From positions 27,096,001-27,160,000 of the forward strand of contig CM052816.1 of assembly GCA_028534125.1 (NCBI GenBank): 64,000 nucleotides of DNA, given 5' to 3'. Position 1 is the stretch's first letter; each line of letters starts with the position of its first letter. This stretch comes from Lama glama (Eukaryota). Shown here piece after piece: positions 12,001 through 25,220 of this stretch. Below the pieces are notes generated by a model. The model had not been told where the DNA came from and searched no databases. It worked only from the letters and a program-made list of their open reading frames with translations. The position numbers and the translations under genes were made by a program.

Positions 12001-13104
12001 TCAGTGGAATTTGACAGCTCTGTTTTTAGTGCTTTCTCCCACACTTCCTGCCCCTTTGCATCTTCTTAGAGGGCTCTTTTACCCAAATCTCTCCCAATCC
12101 TCACTCTCTCTTATGAAATAAACCCACAATAAAATGTACATGAATATTCCTTTTCTCTAACATGTTTTCCTAGAAGGATAAAAACCCCACAAGGATTGTA
12201 TCATTGCTCTGAACATTATCACTAAGTACTGTATTTTAGCACATTACAGTAGAGATGATCAATACCAACTGGCTAGATTCAAAAGTAGGATCAGGGCTAT
12301 ATGGATGGGAAGGAAATATAAATTAACACTCATACTTTTATGGAACACTGTCAGGAATAAGTTCTGGCTGATGTCAGATACTGGCCAGTGTTGAGATTAT
12401 CCAGCGATCTGTGAATACTAACCAGCCCTGGAACAGTACCGGGAACAAAGCTGTACTTTGCCAAAATGAATGACTGGAATTAAAGACCAGGAAGAGAAAA
12501 GCAGGACAGGGTCACTCTAAACCTGTAGGATCCCCCTTACCTCACAGAGTTGTTGTGAGGATTAATTGAGATTATCTACATGACTGGCTTTTATAAACTA
12601 TAAATCCTTACTTAAAGTTTAGACATTTAAGTTGTCTGAGGCTGGGACATGTTGAAAGGATCATGAGAGAAGATGAGGGAAAGAACTATCCTTAAACTTG
12701 AATCCTAATGTGATACTGATTTCTTCAAGCAAACGTTGACTTGCTTATGGATGGGATCAATGAGAAAACTTCTGCTGAGGGTGGCCGATGAATTCAGGTG
12801 ATGAATAAGATGCAGAGTGGATTAAGCAGTGAATTCTACCATGTGTTTGGATGTAGATCTCACATATGGACCACACATGACTAATTCTTTGATCCATTTC
12901 AAGTAGATATTAAGGACTCAGGCAGATCTTTTACTATCGCCAGGCTAAGCATATGGTGGGGATAGAGTTGTATTTGGTAAACAAATGAATATACATATGT
13001 AGTCCAGCCTGTCCTATTCTGCAGGTAGGGAGTAGTCACAAAAAAGTCCAAAAAATTAAAATTAAAACAATTTCCCTAAAAGGCAGATTTCTCAATAAAT
13101 AATT

Positions 13105-13430
13105 TCTCAATAATTATTGAGCACACGCTACCTCCCAGGCTTTCAGCTGAATTCAGGAGAAACAAAAATGAATGGGACATGATTCTTATCCTTTGTTACC
13201 CTCACAGAGTACCTATTTTTGCTGCAACCATTACACCACTGAGATGAAGGCAATGGAAACGGAAGATGCATGGGAGCATCCATTATCATGGGAGCAGAGT
13301 AAGAAGGCTTTATGTAGTCCCAGACCCTTAAGTATTGGTAGCTGAAATCTAAAACAATAGTCACACCCAACAGGGTAGTTAATTAACGGTGTCACATATG
13401 ATGGAAGGTTTGACCTTAGATATTGCAAAA
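13105..13430 (-). mobile_element. L2 3' fragment
   Basis: caataattattgagcac...ccaggc...aaaatgaatgggacatgattc is an L2 tail on the minus strand. Confidence 0.6.
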
Positions 13431-13759
13431 AGAAAATATGGTTAAGTCATGCGTGCACACACACACACGCGTGCACACACACACACACAGTATGAAAAGG
13501 GGTGGGGGCAAAGCCAGAGACAGATAAGAGAGTAAGCATTTCAGACTCATTCTTTTCTTTTCAATTTATAGTAGACGGTACAGCTAGAGAGTGATGCCCT
13601 ACTCCCTTCACACTACTGTTTAGGAATCTCCCATTAAAATGATCTTGAATTCTACTGAGTATCCTGGTCTACCTCTAAACGGGCATGTAAAATCTCTCAT
13701 GTGGTAGGCATTTCACTGTTTATAAACAGCTTTACTTGTTCCATGGACTTAGTATCTAT

Positions 13760-14065
13760 CAGCAGTCTCAAAACTATTGAGTAAGCTAGGTTTCTGTGTT
13801 TTAGATGGTAAACCATTAGGTCTTAAAAATCAACTTAGTGGGTCAAAACCAGTAACTGAAAAATCAAATAGAATATAATTTTTAAAAAGTGGTGTACAGT
13901 GCATTTGTAGATAGATTTTTTTGTGTGTGGAATCTCTGTTTCAGTATTATGACTGTATGAGTGAGTGACAGAGTGTGTGTGTGTGTGTGTGTGTGTACTG
14001 GATTGTGATGTAAAGTATTTTTTACTGAGTTAATGAGTCAAGGGGAAAACAAACTGAAAGACCCC
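13760..14065. mobile_element. hAT-Charlie-type DNA transposon remnant containing (GT)n
   Basis: cagcagtctcaaact start; aaatcaacttagtgggtc; ends near aaactgaaagacc. Confidence 0.5.
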
Positions 14066-14920
14066 CATGCTGACCCTCCTGGTGAAGCCCCCAGAGCGGG
14101 CCTGGGGCTTCACTCTGCCTGCAGTCTGGCCTCATGGTCTAGCCATACCAAAGTTATGCCACAACTGGGGCTGCAGGCTGTAGGCTGAACATCATATGGT
14201 AGGAAACATGAGCTGGAAGTCACGTGACTTGGGCACTATGCCAACATCCTAATCACACTATTGTTAGCCCTTCAGAATGATGCTTAGAAATTGCAGAATT
14301 TTGCAAGGGCAGTAGGTGGCCATGGTTTCTTGGAAATCTATTTTAATCAGGAACTAAACTGTATGAATAATAATGCATGGGTACTTTTGCTTGTTTCTGC
14401 TTTGCCATCTTGAGGTGGGGCAGGGTGGCTCCAAGAGCCTGGCTTCCAGCTGCCCAGGAGGGCCTCACAAGTCACTGAGAGGCAAAGCTCACAAGAGCCA
14501 GCTTTCGCATGTAGCCCACGCTCTCCATCTTGGTCACTCCCAGCTATGTGTCTTTGAATTAATGCACCAGACTGGAGTCACGCTCTTAGTGGATGAGTTG
14601 GAGTGAAACCAAACACATTGATGATGTACCTACTCCTTGCTTGAGTTTTCAAGTTCAAAGAATTGGGCTGACTGGGAGGACCAAACCAAAAAACCCCTTT
14701 GTTTTCTAGCTTAGCTGTTTCCAGTGGGTGCTTATAAGACTGTTTTGCTGTTGTTAGAAACCATGTCAAATGATTATATCCAAGTAGACAAGACATGATG
14801 GAATGGAGAGTACAATGGTAAAAGAAAGAAGATAATTTAAGTCTCCTACCTCCTTCTCCCCAATAGTTTTTGCTCTGAAGGCGGTAGAGATCTTTTACTG
14901 CAGCACACTTAACACTTCTT

Positions 14921-15025
14921 GGGGGGAGGGTATAGCTCAGTGGTAGAGCGCTTGCTTACCATACAGGAGGTCCTGGGTTCAATCCCCATTATTTCCATTA
15001 AAAAATTTTTAAAAACCCCAAAACA
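14921..15025 (+). mobile_element. Vic-1-type tRNA-derived SINE
   Basis: ggggggagggtatagctcagtggtagagcg (A box) ... gggttcaatcccc (B box), A-rich tail, flanking acttctt repeat. Confidence 0.9.
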
Positions 15026-15423
15026 CATACTTCTTAGTAACGTATTTCTGTGGACTTTGAGAGGCTCTCAGACTCTCTCCCATGATTATGCTTTCCTGTT
15101 CTATGCTGTGTAAGTACTTCAAACCTGTTTTAATGAAGTAAGACTTGATAGATCTAAGAAAGACTTCTTCCTTCTCTTCGTTTCACCATCTTTCAGGGAA
15201 CCCCCACAGCACACTGAACTATTATATTACTCAAAAGTGCTGAGATTAGCTGGAGTAGTTCAAATGTGAAGTCTCTGTAGAAATTATGGGAATATGAGAT
15301 GCTATTAAGCAGAAATAGAATACTTGGTGAGTACTTTGTGTAGGGGGGTTTCCTTTTATAGCTATGAACTCAGTTCATGCACTTCAGTGAGCTTCTTGAT
15401 CCTACATGTTCTTCCTTTAGGCT

Positions 15424-15467
15424 CTTCCTTCCTGAAGGCAGCACCTTCCTTCCTGAAGGCAGCACCT
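15424..15467. repeat. Perfect 21-bp tandem duplication inside an L2 fragment
   Basis: cttccttcctgaaggcagcac x2. Confidence 0.9.
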
Positions 15468-17099
15468 GTGTCTTTTATACTCCCAGCACAGTGCCTGACA
15501 CTTATTGTTTGATGAATGAATGTTTCATCAACTTCAATAGAAAAAATATTGTGATTACTCAACATCTGTCAAAATAAAAATTATTACAAAATCAGTAAGC
15601 TCTTCACTTGAGTATTTTTCTTTGGACTCATCACACAAGTGATAAATATTTGAGAGTGCATTGTTGGGATGTGATTGGTTCTTTTTTTTCCCATTTATAA
15701 AGAATGTAGCTTTTCAAGATGTAACAAATGATATGTGAAAAAGAAAACAAAACATCTAGCCAAAGAAGTGAAGTTTTAACTTCTTAATAATTGTGTGTGT
15801 GTGTGTGGGGGGGAGTTGTCTGTGTGTGTGTGAAAGTGTGAAAAAAATTCTACAAATGGCTGAAAGGAGAGATAAATCCAAAGACAGACAGTGTCTCATT
15901 TACATCAAGCTGTGAGACCAGATATTTGTTATTGAATCCTCGGAATGAGAGTGCAGCTCTTGTTTATTTACATTTGTTCTCAGTTTGAAAGACAGCCGAA
16001 GAGGTAAAATAAAATGAGAGTGCCTCAAATGCCTTCTAAATTTCCCCTTAAATTGAATTTCTTGTTTTATCAGGGAACAATACTTGCACTGATGTTAGCC
16101 AGACAGCTAAAAGGTCAACAAGTTCCCTGGGTTGCCTTTTGTCAAGGGTTTTTGACTTGTCTGTGAATAAAGATCTCCCAGGAGGAAAGCAGACCTGAAT
16201 TTCCTGTCATCTAGAAGACAGCAATGAATTTGAAAATGTTACAAAAAGCATAAGGGACTTCAGGCACACCTTCAGACCCACCGCGGATGCCAATCGCTGC
16301 ACGTGTAAACATGTACACAGAAATGTTTTGGATTTGTTCTGTCAACTTTTGGTTGTGAAACAAATGTTCTACAGCAGCCCACCCTGAATACAGAATGAAC
16401 CCGAAGGCTTTTTTTTTTTTTCTGTTGTTGTTACCACGTCACGTCTAATCTGAGGATAGCATTCTCTCTGTTCACTCACAACGCGAGAAGCATGCTTTGT
16501 TATGAGGAACGGAGGGTATTTGGACCAGCAAAGCTTCATTTTTCTGACCATGTTTCTGGTCCTTGAACCTCCTTGGATCTTCTTCTTGTATTTTTTAAAT
16601 GTCTGAGATTTCTATATATGTGGTAACAGGTAAGTCTTAACTATTAACATCTAGACAAAAATAAATGAAATTTTCCTGTTAGTCATTCTTTGAAACGAGT
16701 GAATTGTTTTTCTTCAAAATAATCTCAATAAGGAATATTTTCCTTCTAGCTTTCTCTATGGAAGTTTGTTCTTAGAAAAGGTAAGGGGACTTTTTTCACC
16801 CCCTTTTAAGCTGGTAGCGAATTGTTATCTGCGCTGAGCCCCATTTAGGTACCTGGAAACACCAAGTGGGAAAGGAGATATTTCCTTTAGGCTATTGAGA
16901 AAGCACACAGTTTCCTTCCTGCATTAATTCCAGTATGATCACAAGTGGATTACAGAGAATTTAAATTCCTTATTTCAAATGTCACTGATCAATACATGAT
17001 TATACATTCATTAGACAAATATTTACTGAGTGCCTTCATGTAAAAGAAATTAAGCCAGGTGCTACAGAGAATAAGACTAACAGCAGCAGCAACAGGGAC

Positions 17100-17310
17100 A
17101 ACTACTATAATGTGAATGTGAACCAAGTGCCAGGCAGTGTGCTAAGCACTTTATATACAGTCTCTTTCATCTCAGAGAAACCCTATTAAATGACGTTCTA
17201 TGAGGAAGTTCAAGCTCAGAGAGATTAATTTTGTGTTCCGTGGTTATACCACTAGAAGGAGATGGAGCTGGAATTCGAACCTAGGACATTCTAAAACAGA
17301 ATCCTGCATG
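17100..17310 (-). mobile_element. MIR
   Basis: gtgccaggcagtgtgctaagcacttt ... tgaggaagttcaagctcagagag ... gagctggaattcgaacctagg. Confidence 0.8.
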
Positions 17311-17533
17311 CATTAGAAGACATTCATTTACAAAGAGAGATTTAGCAATTTCAAGTTCATGTTCTATCATGGCTCACACAGGCCTGCCATGAATAGTGAG
17401 TTATGCTGTGTGTTACTGGGTGGGAAGATTCACTATCATAAACAAGCCTCAATTCCTCCCCTTTTCTAGTTAACCAACAGGTTTTGGTGTTGTTCTTGTT
17501 GCTGTTGTTTCTGTTTTATTTTATTTTTTTTTT

Positions 17534-19430
17534 TGCAATTTCAGTAAAAATTTCTGTTGGTATTTTGAGGGAGAGCAAACAAAGAAATTCTAAAGCTCAT
17601 CACAAAGAGAAAGCACACATGGGATAACTGGACAGCCACATGCAAATCAATGAAGTCAGCACACTCCCTCACACCATACATAAAAATAAACTCAAAATGG
17701 CTTAAAGACTTAAACATAAGACGAGACACTATAAACCTCCTAAAAGAAAACATAAGCAAAACATTCTCTGACATAAATCTTAGCAATCTAGGGCAGTCTA
17801 CCCAGGCAATAGAAATAAAAGCAAAAATAAACAAATGGGACCTAATTAAACTTATAAGCTTTTGCACAGCAAGGGAAATCATAAAAAAAATGAAAAGACA
17901 ACCTATGGAATGGGAGAACATATTTGCAAATGATGTGACAAACAAGGGATTAATTTCCAAAATATACAAACAGCTCATATAATTCAATAACAAAAAAAAC
18001 AAACAACCCAATCCTAAAATGGGCAGGAGACCTAAACAAACATTTCTTCAATAAAGATACACAAATGGCCAATAGGCACATGAAAAATGTTCAATATTGC
18101 TAATTACTAGAGAAATGCAAATCAAAACTACAATGAGGTATCAATTCACACCAGTCAGAATGGCAATCATTAAAAAGTCCACAAATAATCAAAGCTGAAG
18201 AGGATGTGGAGAAAAGGAAACCCTCCTACACTGTTGGTAGGAAAGTAGTTTGATGCAGCTATTATAGAAAACGTATGGAGATTCCTTAAAAAACTAAAAT
18301 TGACTTACTCTATGATCTAGCAATCCCACTCCTGGGCATATATCCAGAGGGAACTTTAATTCAAAAAGATACATGTACCCCAATGTTCATAGCAGCACTA
18401 GATAAAATAGCAAAGACATGGAAACAACCTAAATGTCCATTGAAAGATGACTGGATAAAGAAGTTGTGGTATATTTTATACAATGGAATACTACTCAGCC
18501 ATAAAAAAGAATAAAATAGTGCCATTTACAGCAATATGGATGGACCTGAAGATTGTCATTCTAAGTGAAGTAAGCCAGAAAGATAAAGAAAAATACCATA
18601 TGATATGACTTATATGTGGATTCTTAAAAATCAAAAAGGACAAATATGAATTTGTTTATATAACAGAGATAGACACAAACAAACTTATGATTAATCAGGG
18701 GAGGAAAGGGGTGAGGAGGGATAATTGGAAGTTTGGGATCTGTAGATACTAACTACTACATATAAAATAGATAAACAGCAAGGTCGTATTGTTTAGCACA
18801 GGGAACTATATTCAGTAGCTTGTAATGGCTCTATTATAGTGAAAAAGAAAATGAAGAGAAATATATATACATATATGTGTATGTATAACTTAATCACTAT
18901 GTTGTATACCAGAAATTAACACAATAGTTTAAATTGCCATAATTCAATAAAACAATAAATAACCATCAAAAGCAACATAGAGATCATGGGTTGGATCAGG
19001 GGCTTTTTTGAATGAGAAAGTTCACAATCTGGGGAAAAGGGTGGCAAATGTGTTATGGAAATTTTTATCACAAATCACTGATATGAAATAAACTCATCTG
19101 TAAAAGGCCTTGAAAACAAACAAATAGTAAGCACATAGAAATGGCCAAGGAATTTTTAAAAAATGCAGCAATGACAGAATTGTCTTACTGGATAATGAAA
19201 TATATTATAAAGCTATCATATTTAAATTATTTACTATCAGTACAAGATTAGACTAACCAATGGAACAAACCCAGTCTTAAGAATAAGCAAAATTTTAGGC
19301 TGTGAGAAATGTGACGTTTCAAATCAACAAAGAATAACATGCTGAAACAGTTGCTTCACTAATTGGAAAAAAGTTAAGTTAAATCTTTACCTCACATCCT
19401 ATGCCAAATTAATTGCAGAAGGATGTACGT
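17534..19430 (+). mobile_element. Old L1M ORF2 remnant (17534-17619 and 19121-19430), split by a younger L1
   Basis: aattctaaagctcat ... resumes at aatggccaaggaattttt...atattataaagcta...accaatggaac. Confidence 0.65.
17620..18960 (+). mobile_element. 5'-truncated lineage-specific L1 (ORF2 C-terminus plus 3'UTR)
   Basis: ORF 17650: HSLTPYIKINSKWLKDLNIR...KAKINKWDLIKLISFCTA; complete 3'UTR ending caataaaacaataaa. Confidence 0.95.
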
Positions 19431-19881
19431 AATTTTATTTTCCTTCAACAATTTTTATAGATTTCTGTGTGCAAGATTTTTATAGTTCTCAATATGTCTA
19501 TTTCTAGGTACCTAGGAATTTTTGATGCTGTTATATATAGTATCTTAAAATTGTTAAAATTCTCTAACTGCTTATTCTTGGTCTATAGAAATAAAATTGC
19601 ATTTCATATACTGATCTCATATCCAGTGACCTTGCAAGCTTACTTCCTAATACTAAAATTTATCTATAAATCTCTTATTATTTTTTAATATTCACAAGCA
19701 TGTTAGATTAAGGAAGCTCCCTTCTATTTCTAGTTTGCTAATAACTTTTGTCATAAACAGGGGCTTTTCTACATCTATTGAGATGCTTAAATTACTTGTC
19801 CCCTTTATTCTGTTAATGTGATGAATTATGAAGATTGTTAAATTTTAAATCAGTTTTGCATTCTTGAAATAACTCAATTTG

Positions 19882-20491
19882 ATCCCACTCCTGGGCNNNN
19901 NNNNNNNNNNNNNNNNNNNNNNNNNNNNNNNNNNNNNNNNNNNNNNNNNNNNNNNNNNNNNNNNNNNNNNNNNNNNNNNNNNNNNNNNNNNNNNNNAAGA
20001 TGTGGTATATTTATACAATGGAATACTACTCAGCCATAAAAACCGACAACATAATGCCATTTGCAGCAACATGGATGCTCCTGGAGAATGTCATTCTAAG
20101 TGAAGTAAGCCAGAAAGAGAAAGAAAAATACCATATGAGATCGCTCATATGTGGAATCTAAAAAACAAAAACAAAAACAAAAACAAACAAACAAAAACAA
20201 AGCGTAAATACAAGACAGAAATAGACTCACAGACAGAAATACAGACTTGTGGTTACCAGGGGGGTGGAGGGTGGGAAGGGATAGACTGGGATTTCAAAAT
20301 TGTAGAATAGATAAACAAGATTACAAAGTATAGCACAGGGAAATACACACAAAATGTTATGATAACTCACAGAGAAAAAAATATGACAATGAGTGTGTAT
20401 ATGTCCATGAATGACTGAAAAATTGTGCTGAACACTGGAATTTGACACAACATTGTAAAATGATTATAAATCAATAAAAAAAAGTTTAAAA
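19882..20491 (+). mobile_element. Young 5'-truncated L1 with perfect 15-bp TSD
   Basis: aaataactcaatttg at 19867-19881 and 20492-20506; L1 3'UTR with poly(A). Confidence 0.95.
19897..19996. other. Assembly gap (100 N)
   Basis: Run of 100 n inside an L1. Confidence 1.
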
Positions 20492-20959
20492 AAATAACTC
20501 AATTTGGTGGTGTCCTATCATATGAACCTTTTTATATATCACTGAATTCAGTTTGATAATATTTTAAGATTTTTGTGTATATGTTTTTAGAGAGATGGTC
20601 CCACAATTATCATGTCTTGTAATGTTCTTGTCAAGTTTTACAGAATTAAATGGGTTAGAAAGTGTTCCCTTATTCCTTCTGTTTTAATTTTCTGAAATAG
20701 TTTTGAGCTAGGATGGCATTCTTTCTTTCTTAAATATTTGGTACAATTCAGCAAATGAAGTTATCTGGCCCAAGATTTTGTTAAGAAGTTTTTAAACTAC
20801 AAATCTAATTTTTAAATAATTATAGGACTATTCATATATTCCCTTTCTCCTTATGTCAGTTTGTGTAAATTGTGCTATTCTAGAAATCTGTACATTTTAT
20901 CAAAATTTATAATTTATTGACACTACATTGTTCATAATGTCCTCTTATAATTTTTCTTA

Positions 20960-21390
20960 AGTAAAACTTGAATTTTAGAAAAGCTTTAGATTTATGAAAA
21001 AGTTGCAAAGATAGTAGAAAAAATTCCCATAGCATCTTATACCCCGTTTTCTCTGTTGCTAACATCTTACATCATTATGGTACATATGTCACAACTAATG
21101 AACCAATATTGATACATTATTAACTAAACTCCACACTTTATTTTGATTTCACCAGTTTTTCCCTAATGCCTTTTCACCTGTTCTAGGATCCCCTCCAGAG
21201 TATGTCATTACCTTTAATTGTCATATACCACTTTCCTTGTGTTTGATGACCTTGACCATTTTGAGGAATACCAATCAGTATTTCATAGAGTATCCCTTAA
21301 TTTGAGTTTTCTAATGTTTTCTTGTGGTTAAGCTGGGGTTTTGTGTTTTGGGGAGGAAGAGCCATTCTCATCACATCATATTAAGGGATA
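20960..21390 (-). mobile_element. L1MC/MD-like 3'UTR fragment nested in older L1
   Basis: tttagatttatgaaaagttgcaaagatagtaga...aaccaatattgatacattattaactaaactccacacttta. Confidence 0.75.
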
Positions 21391-23509
21391 TATGTGTAAT
21401 TTTGAAAATACCTGTAGCATCTGTAACAATGTCTCTCTTTTCATCCTTGATATTGATTATTTGTTATTTCTTTAAATTTTTTCTTGATAGTTTTGGTAGG
21501 ATTATTTTTCCTTTTTTTTTTTGTCTTTTCAAAGAACTGACTTTTGTCTTTGAGGATTCTCTCTACCATATATTTGATTGATGAATGACTGATTGATTGA
21601 TTTCCTTTTCCTGTTATTGTGTTTAGTTTCCTCCTTTCTTCCCTTAATTTCTTGAGATTAATTCTTAGTTATTTAATTTTTATCTTTTCTTCTTTTCTGA
21701 TATTTTTAATATTCTAAATTAAAGGCTATAAATTTCTCTCTAAACAATATGTTAGCTGCATCTACACATTTTGATATGTAGTATTTTATTATTATTCACT
21801 TAAAAATATCATCTAATGGCCCTTGTGATTTTCTCTTTGACTCATTGGTAACTTAGAAGTTATTTGCCTTATTATTGAAAAGTATGGGGATTTCAGTTTC
21901 TTTGTTTTGGTTTATAGATCTCTACCTCAATTCTGCTGTATTCAGACATCATATTCTGTAAGATTTAAATACTTTGACATTTATTTAGAGCTGTTTAATG
22001 GGCTAGAATATTGTCAAAATTAGTATGTGTTCCATGTACATTTGCCAAGAATGGGGATCACATTATCAGCTTTCTGCTTTGGATGGACTGTACACCATTC
22101 CTACTGCCCTTTTGTGTTTTTTAAGATTCTACTTTGACACTTGAGCCCACGAGCCACAGACTCCACTAGGGTCCTCCTCCAGACTGATATCCTCCCTCGG
22201 CCTCCACAGCATGAGTTAAAATCACTGTGTTCCCTTTTCATTTCTAGCACACTAAATTTCTCTTTTTAGTCAACCTCAGATATTTATGAAAAAAATCTTT
22301 TTTGTTCTACTCTGTGTGGAATTTCTATGCTCTTTTGGTGGAGAAACTTCTCTGCTACCTTGCCACAAACTTTACCTCCTCCTCTCCACTAAAACGTATT
22401 CTCTTGCATACAAATATTGATTTAGGCTGAATTCTAGATTTTGGAGGTCATATTGAATGATGTTTCCCTATACATATAAATGAAATGATTGCCACCTCCC
22501 CTAAAAGGCTTGGGTGCTACACATGTTAACATCAGCATTTAAAAATGGACTACAGACACTCATCAGAAGAAAGGAACTTTCCTGTTAAAAAGAGAGTTTG
22601 GGACCTTTCAGAAGGCAGAGAAATACGAAATGAAGAACCACTACCTCCAATGGGAACTTGGATTAGAAATGGGAATTTGATTCATTTCACCTCAGTGAAT
22701 GTGAGGGGAAAATGCCAAAGGATCCTTAATGTCAACACATTTCTAAATTGACAGCTGAAAGGCTGAAATGGAACTGTGTGTCCCTTTTAAGTTAGTGAAG
22801 GTTCTTCTTTCACGTATACCAGAAAAGTATACTTCCCTAAGGGAAATGAAAATACATAACAGGGGAGGCTGAAAAGGACAGGTGCTTAAACAAATCTATA
22901 TTTCAAAGTAACAGTCTGCACATCAGCAGTGATAATAGCAATTACTCCAAAAGGGCTTAATCAGTACTGTGATAAGTGTTTTACCTGGATTCTTTTATTC
23001 ATTTTTCATAGTAGCCCTAAGGTTCTCAGGGTTTAGGATGTTAAATGGGAACATATAACTGAAATACCATTATATAATAGGTGCTGCCTTCCAGAGGAGG
23101 GTATAAAAAGGAAACGGGGTTTGAGAATTAGGGAGAGCTGAGCTATAATTCCTATTTTCACTTTCAAGAGGAAGGATGGAGATTGTCTCTCACCTTCAGT
23201 CTGGTGAGAGGGGCTTAACAAGCCCCTGGAGAGCCCAATGTGTGCCTAGGAGTTGGGAAGGCTGGAGTGAGGCAGAGACACAAGCTTGACAAATTTAAGG
23301 GCAAAATCTGTGCCTAGTGTCTGAGGTGGCAGGGAGACAGGACCTAGGCACGCTCCCACAATGGTGAGGGGCAAGAATGCTGGAGCTCTCTTGTGGACCA
23401 GATGCAGGCCAGCTGGAAAGAAGGCCAGTCTAAAGCTCCTTTACGTATTGTTTAAGAAGGCTGCCTGGAAATGCAACGGGATCCCAAAAGTCTGTAGCAA
23501 GTGTAATGT

Positions 23510-23602
23510 TGAAACACTATGCTGTACATCAGAAATTGATACAATATTGCAAACTGACTATACTTCAATAAAAAAAGAACGCAAAAAAAAAATCCAAAAA
23601 AA
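23510..23602 (+). mobile_element. Very short L1 3' terminus with poly(A)
   Basis: gaaacactatgctgtacatcagaaattgatacaatattgcaaactgactatacttcaataaaaaa. Confidence 0.85.
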
Positions 23603-24199
23603 CAGGGACCGAGCAGCTGGAGGAAAACACATTTCCCTGTAAGACAGCAGTGCAGTAGCAGGCCCCCAACAGGGACCTCAGAAGAAGACATCAAAGTGCC
23701 TGCAAGAGTAATGGTCAGCTTTCAATATGTGCTAGGCAGACATTCAGAAAATATAAAGCCACAGCATAATAGTACAGTCAAAAAAGAACTTTCATCCTCC
23801 CTCCCCTATCTCCCCTTCCCTCAAACTATGTAAGAGTCAACACCAATGCTTGCTAAGACAGGGAATAGAGGGAAAAGCATACATCAGACAGTAGGAAAAG
23901 GCCCACGTCCTTACAAGTACACTAAAGGAAGTCTTTAGAAGTCTAGGTTTTGTTCCTGCAGATCACTGGGAAGGTACCATTTCTTCATGGTGCAACCACC
24001 CACTCAAGGGTCCTGCCTCCTTTCTATCCTATTACCATCATACCATGCTAGGGGATCACAGGTAGGATGGAAGGCAAACATTTCCTACCAGAATCAGAGA
24101 TAGGAATTCTGATCTATGGCACTCACTTGAACCACTTGTTCATTCCTCTGTCACTTGACCCCTTGGCCTGGATTCCTTGTTTGCCTAGATCCACAGAAT

Positions 24200-24710
24200 A
24201 TTCAATTCACCAAATATTTGTGGTTGTCTACCATGCATCAAACAATGGGGACCAACAGATGAATAAGGCAGTTTCTGAACTCAAGTAGCTTACCACCTGA
24301 TAGGGGAGCCAGATGTACACACCATGCAGTGTGATAAGGGCAAACAGGAGCAGATAAAAGTGGAGGGACAAGGGAGAAAATGTGAGAAAATGAGAAAAGC
24401 TCAAGTCAACCCTCCTGTACTGTGTCTTACAGGATGAGAGGGAATTTGTGAAATGTAGGGACTTTTGAGGAAAGCTGTGCTGTGTTGAAGATCACAGGCC
24501 ACAGACCTATCAAGGTATCCAATATTTGGATCTGGATGAAGCACTGGGTGCCAGAGCAGAAGTGGTGGGAGTTGAAGCTGAAGAGATGGCAGGTTTTGAA
24601 CTTCTCATTACAGATTTTAGAGAGCCATAGTTACAAGGTTTCGAGAAGAGGATATTATTTTATCAGATATATTTTTAAAGAAGGTGACTCAGGTGACTCT
24701 ATGAAGGATG
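24200..24710 (-). mobile_element. L2 fragment
   Basis: ttcaccaaatatttgtggttgtctaccatg ... cagatgaataaggcag...ctcaagtagctta. Confidence 0.6.
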
Positions 24711-25044
24711 AGGGAGTCTTCGGGGAGTCACTACTTCACACCAATGTTCTACCTATTGTCGGTAGATGGAAGGCAGATGTGAAATTTAGAGGGTTCATTT
24801 TTTCCCTGGCTCATTCCTAATTGCAGTGGAAGTGCCACAGAAATTAATCCAGCAATTACTGACATGCGGTTGTATTTCAGGTATAGATCTCTATGCTACA
24901 TCTGGGGTTGATCCAGCTTTTTATCTTAACTTTTGGGAATTATTTGAATGCCATTAACTCCTCATACATACTGTGCTAGATGGATGCTTGAAGGTCTTCC
25001 AGGAGTCTCAAATGAGATAACTCATGCTAGAGACTAGATAGAGA

Positions 25045-25220
25045 TCTAGGGGCCTTAAATTTTTTTGAGCATAGATTTGTTTGAGAATCCCCTGAAAATT
25101 TCATGTGTGTCTGTGCGTGCAAACACACAACTTTTCTTATGCTCTCATGGTTCACAGACCCACTTAAAATCATCTGTTAATCTCCTACGGACTGTGGACC
25201 CCAGGCACAGGATGCCTGCT
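25045..25220. mobile_element. hAT-Charlie-type MITE remnant
   Basis: tttgagaatcc...ggttcacagaccc...ggactgtggaccccagg pattern. Confidence 0.5.

Larger units (their letters stand above)
19430..22060 (-). mobile_element. Old L1M ORF2 remnant (minus), hosting nested insertions
   Basis: T-rich antisense ORF2 text (ggctataaatttctctctaaacaatatgttagctgcatctacacattttgatatgtagtattt). Confidence 0.8.

Noticed and set aside
14921..14995. tRNA-like sequence with A and B boxes (also 27217, 32388, 52261)
   Set aside because: A-rich tails, TSD-like flanks and dispersed diverged copies identify SINEs, not tRNA genes.
17541..18011. 156-aa hydrophobic minus-strand ORF (similar ones at 32631-32897 and 32913-33161)
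   Set aside because: Antisense reading of L1 ORF2, a common spurious ORF.
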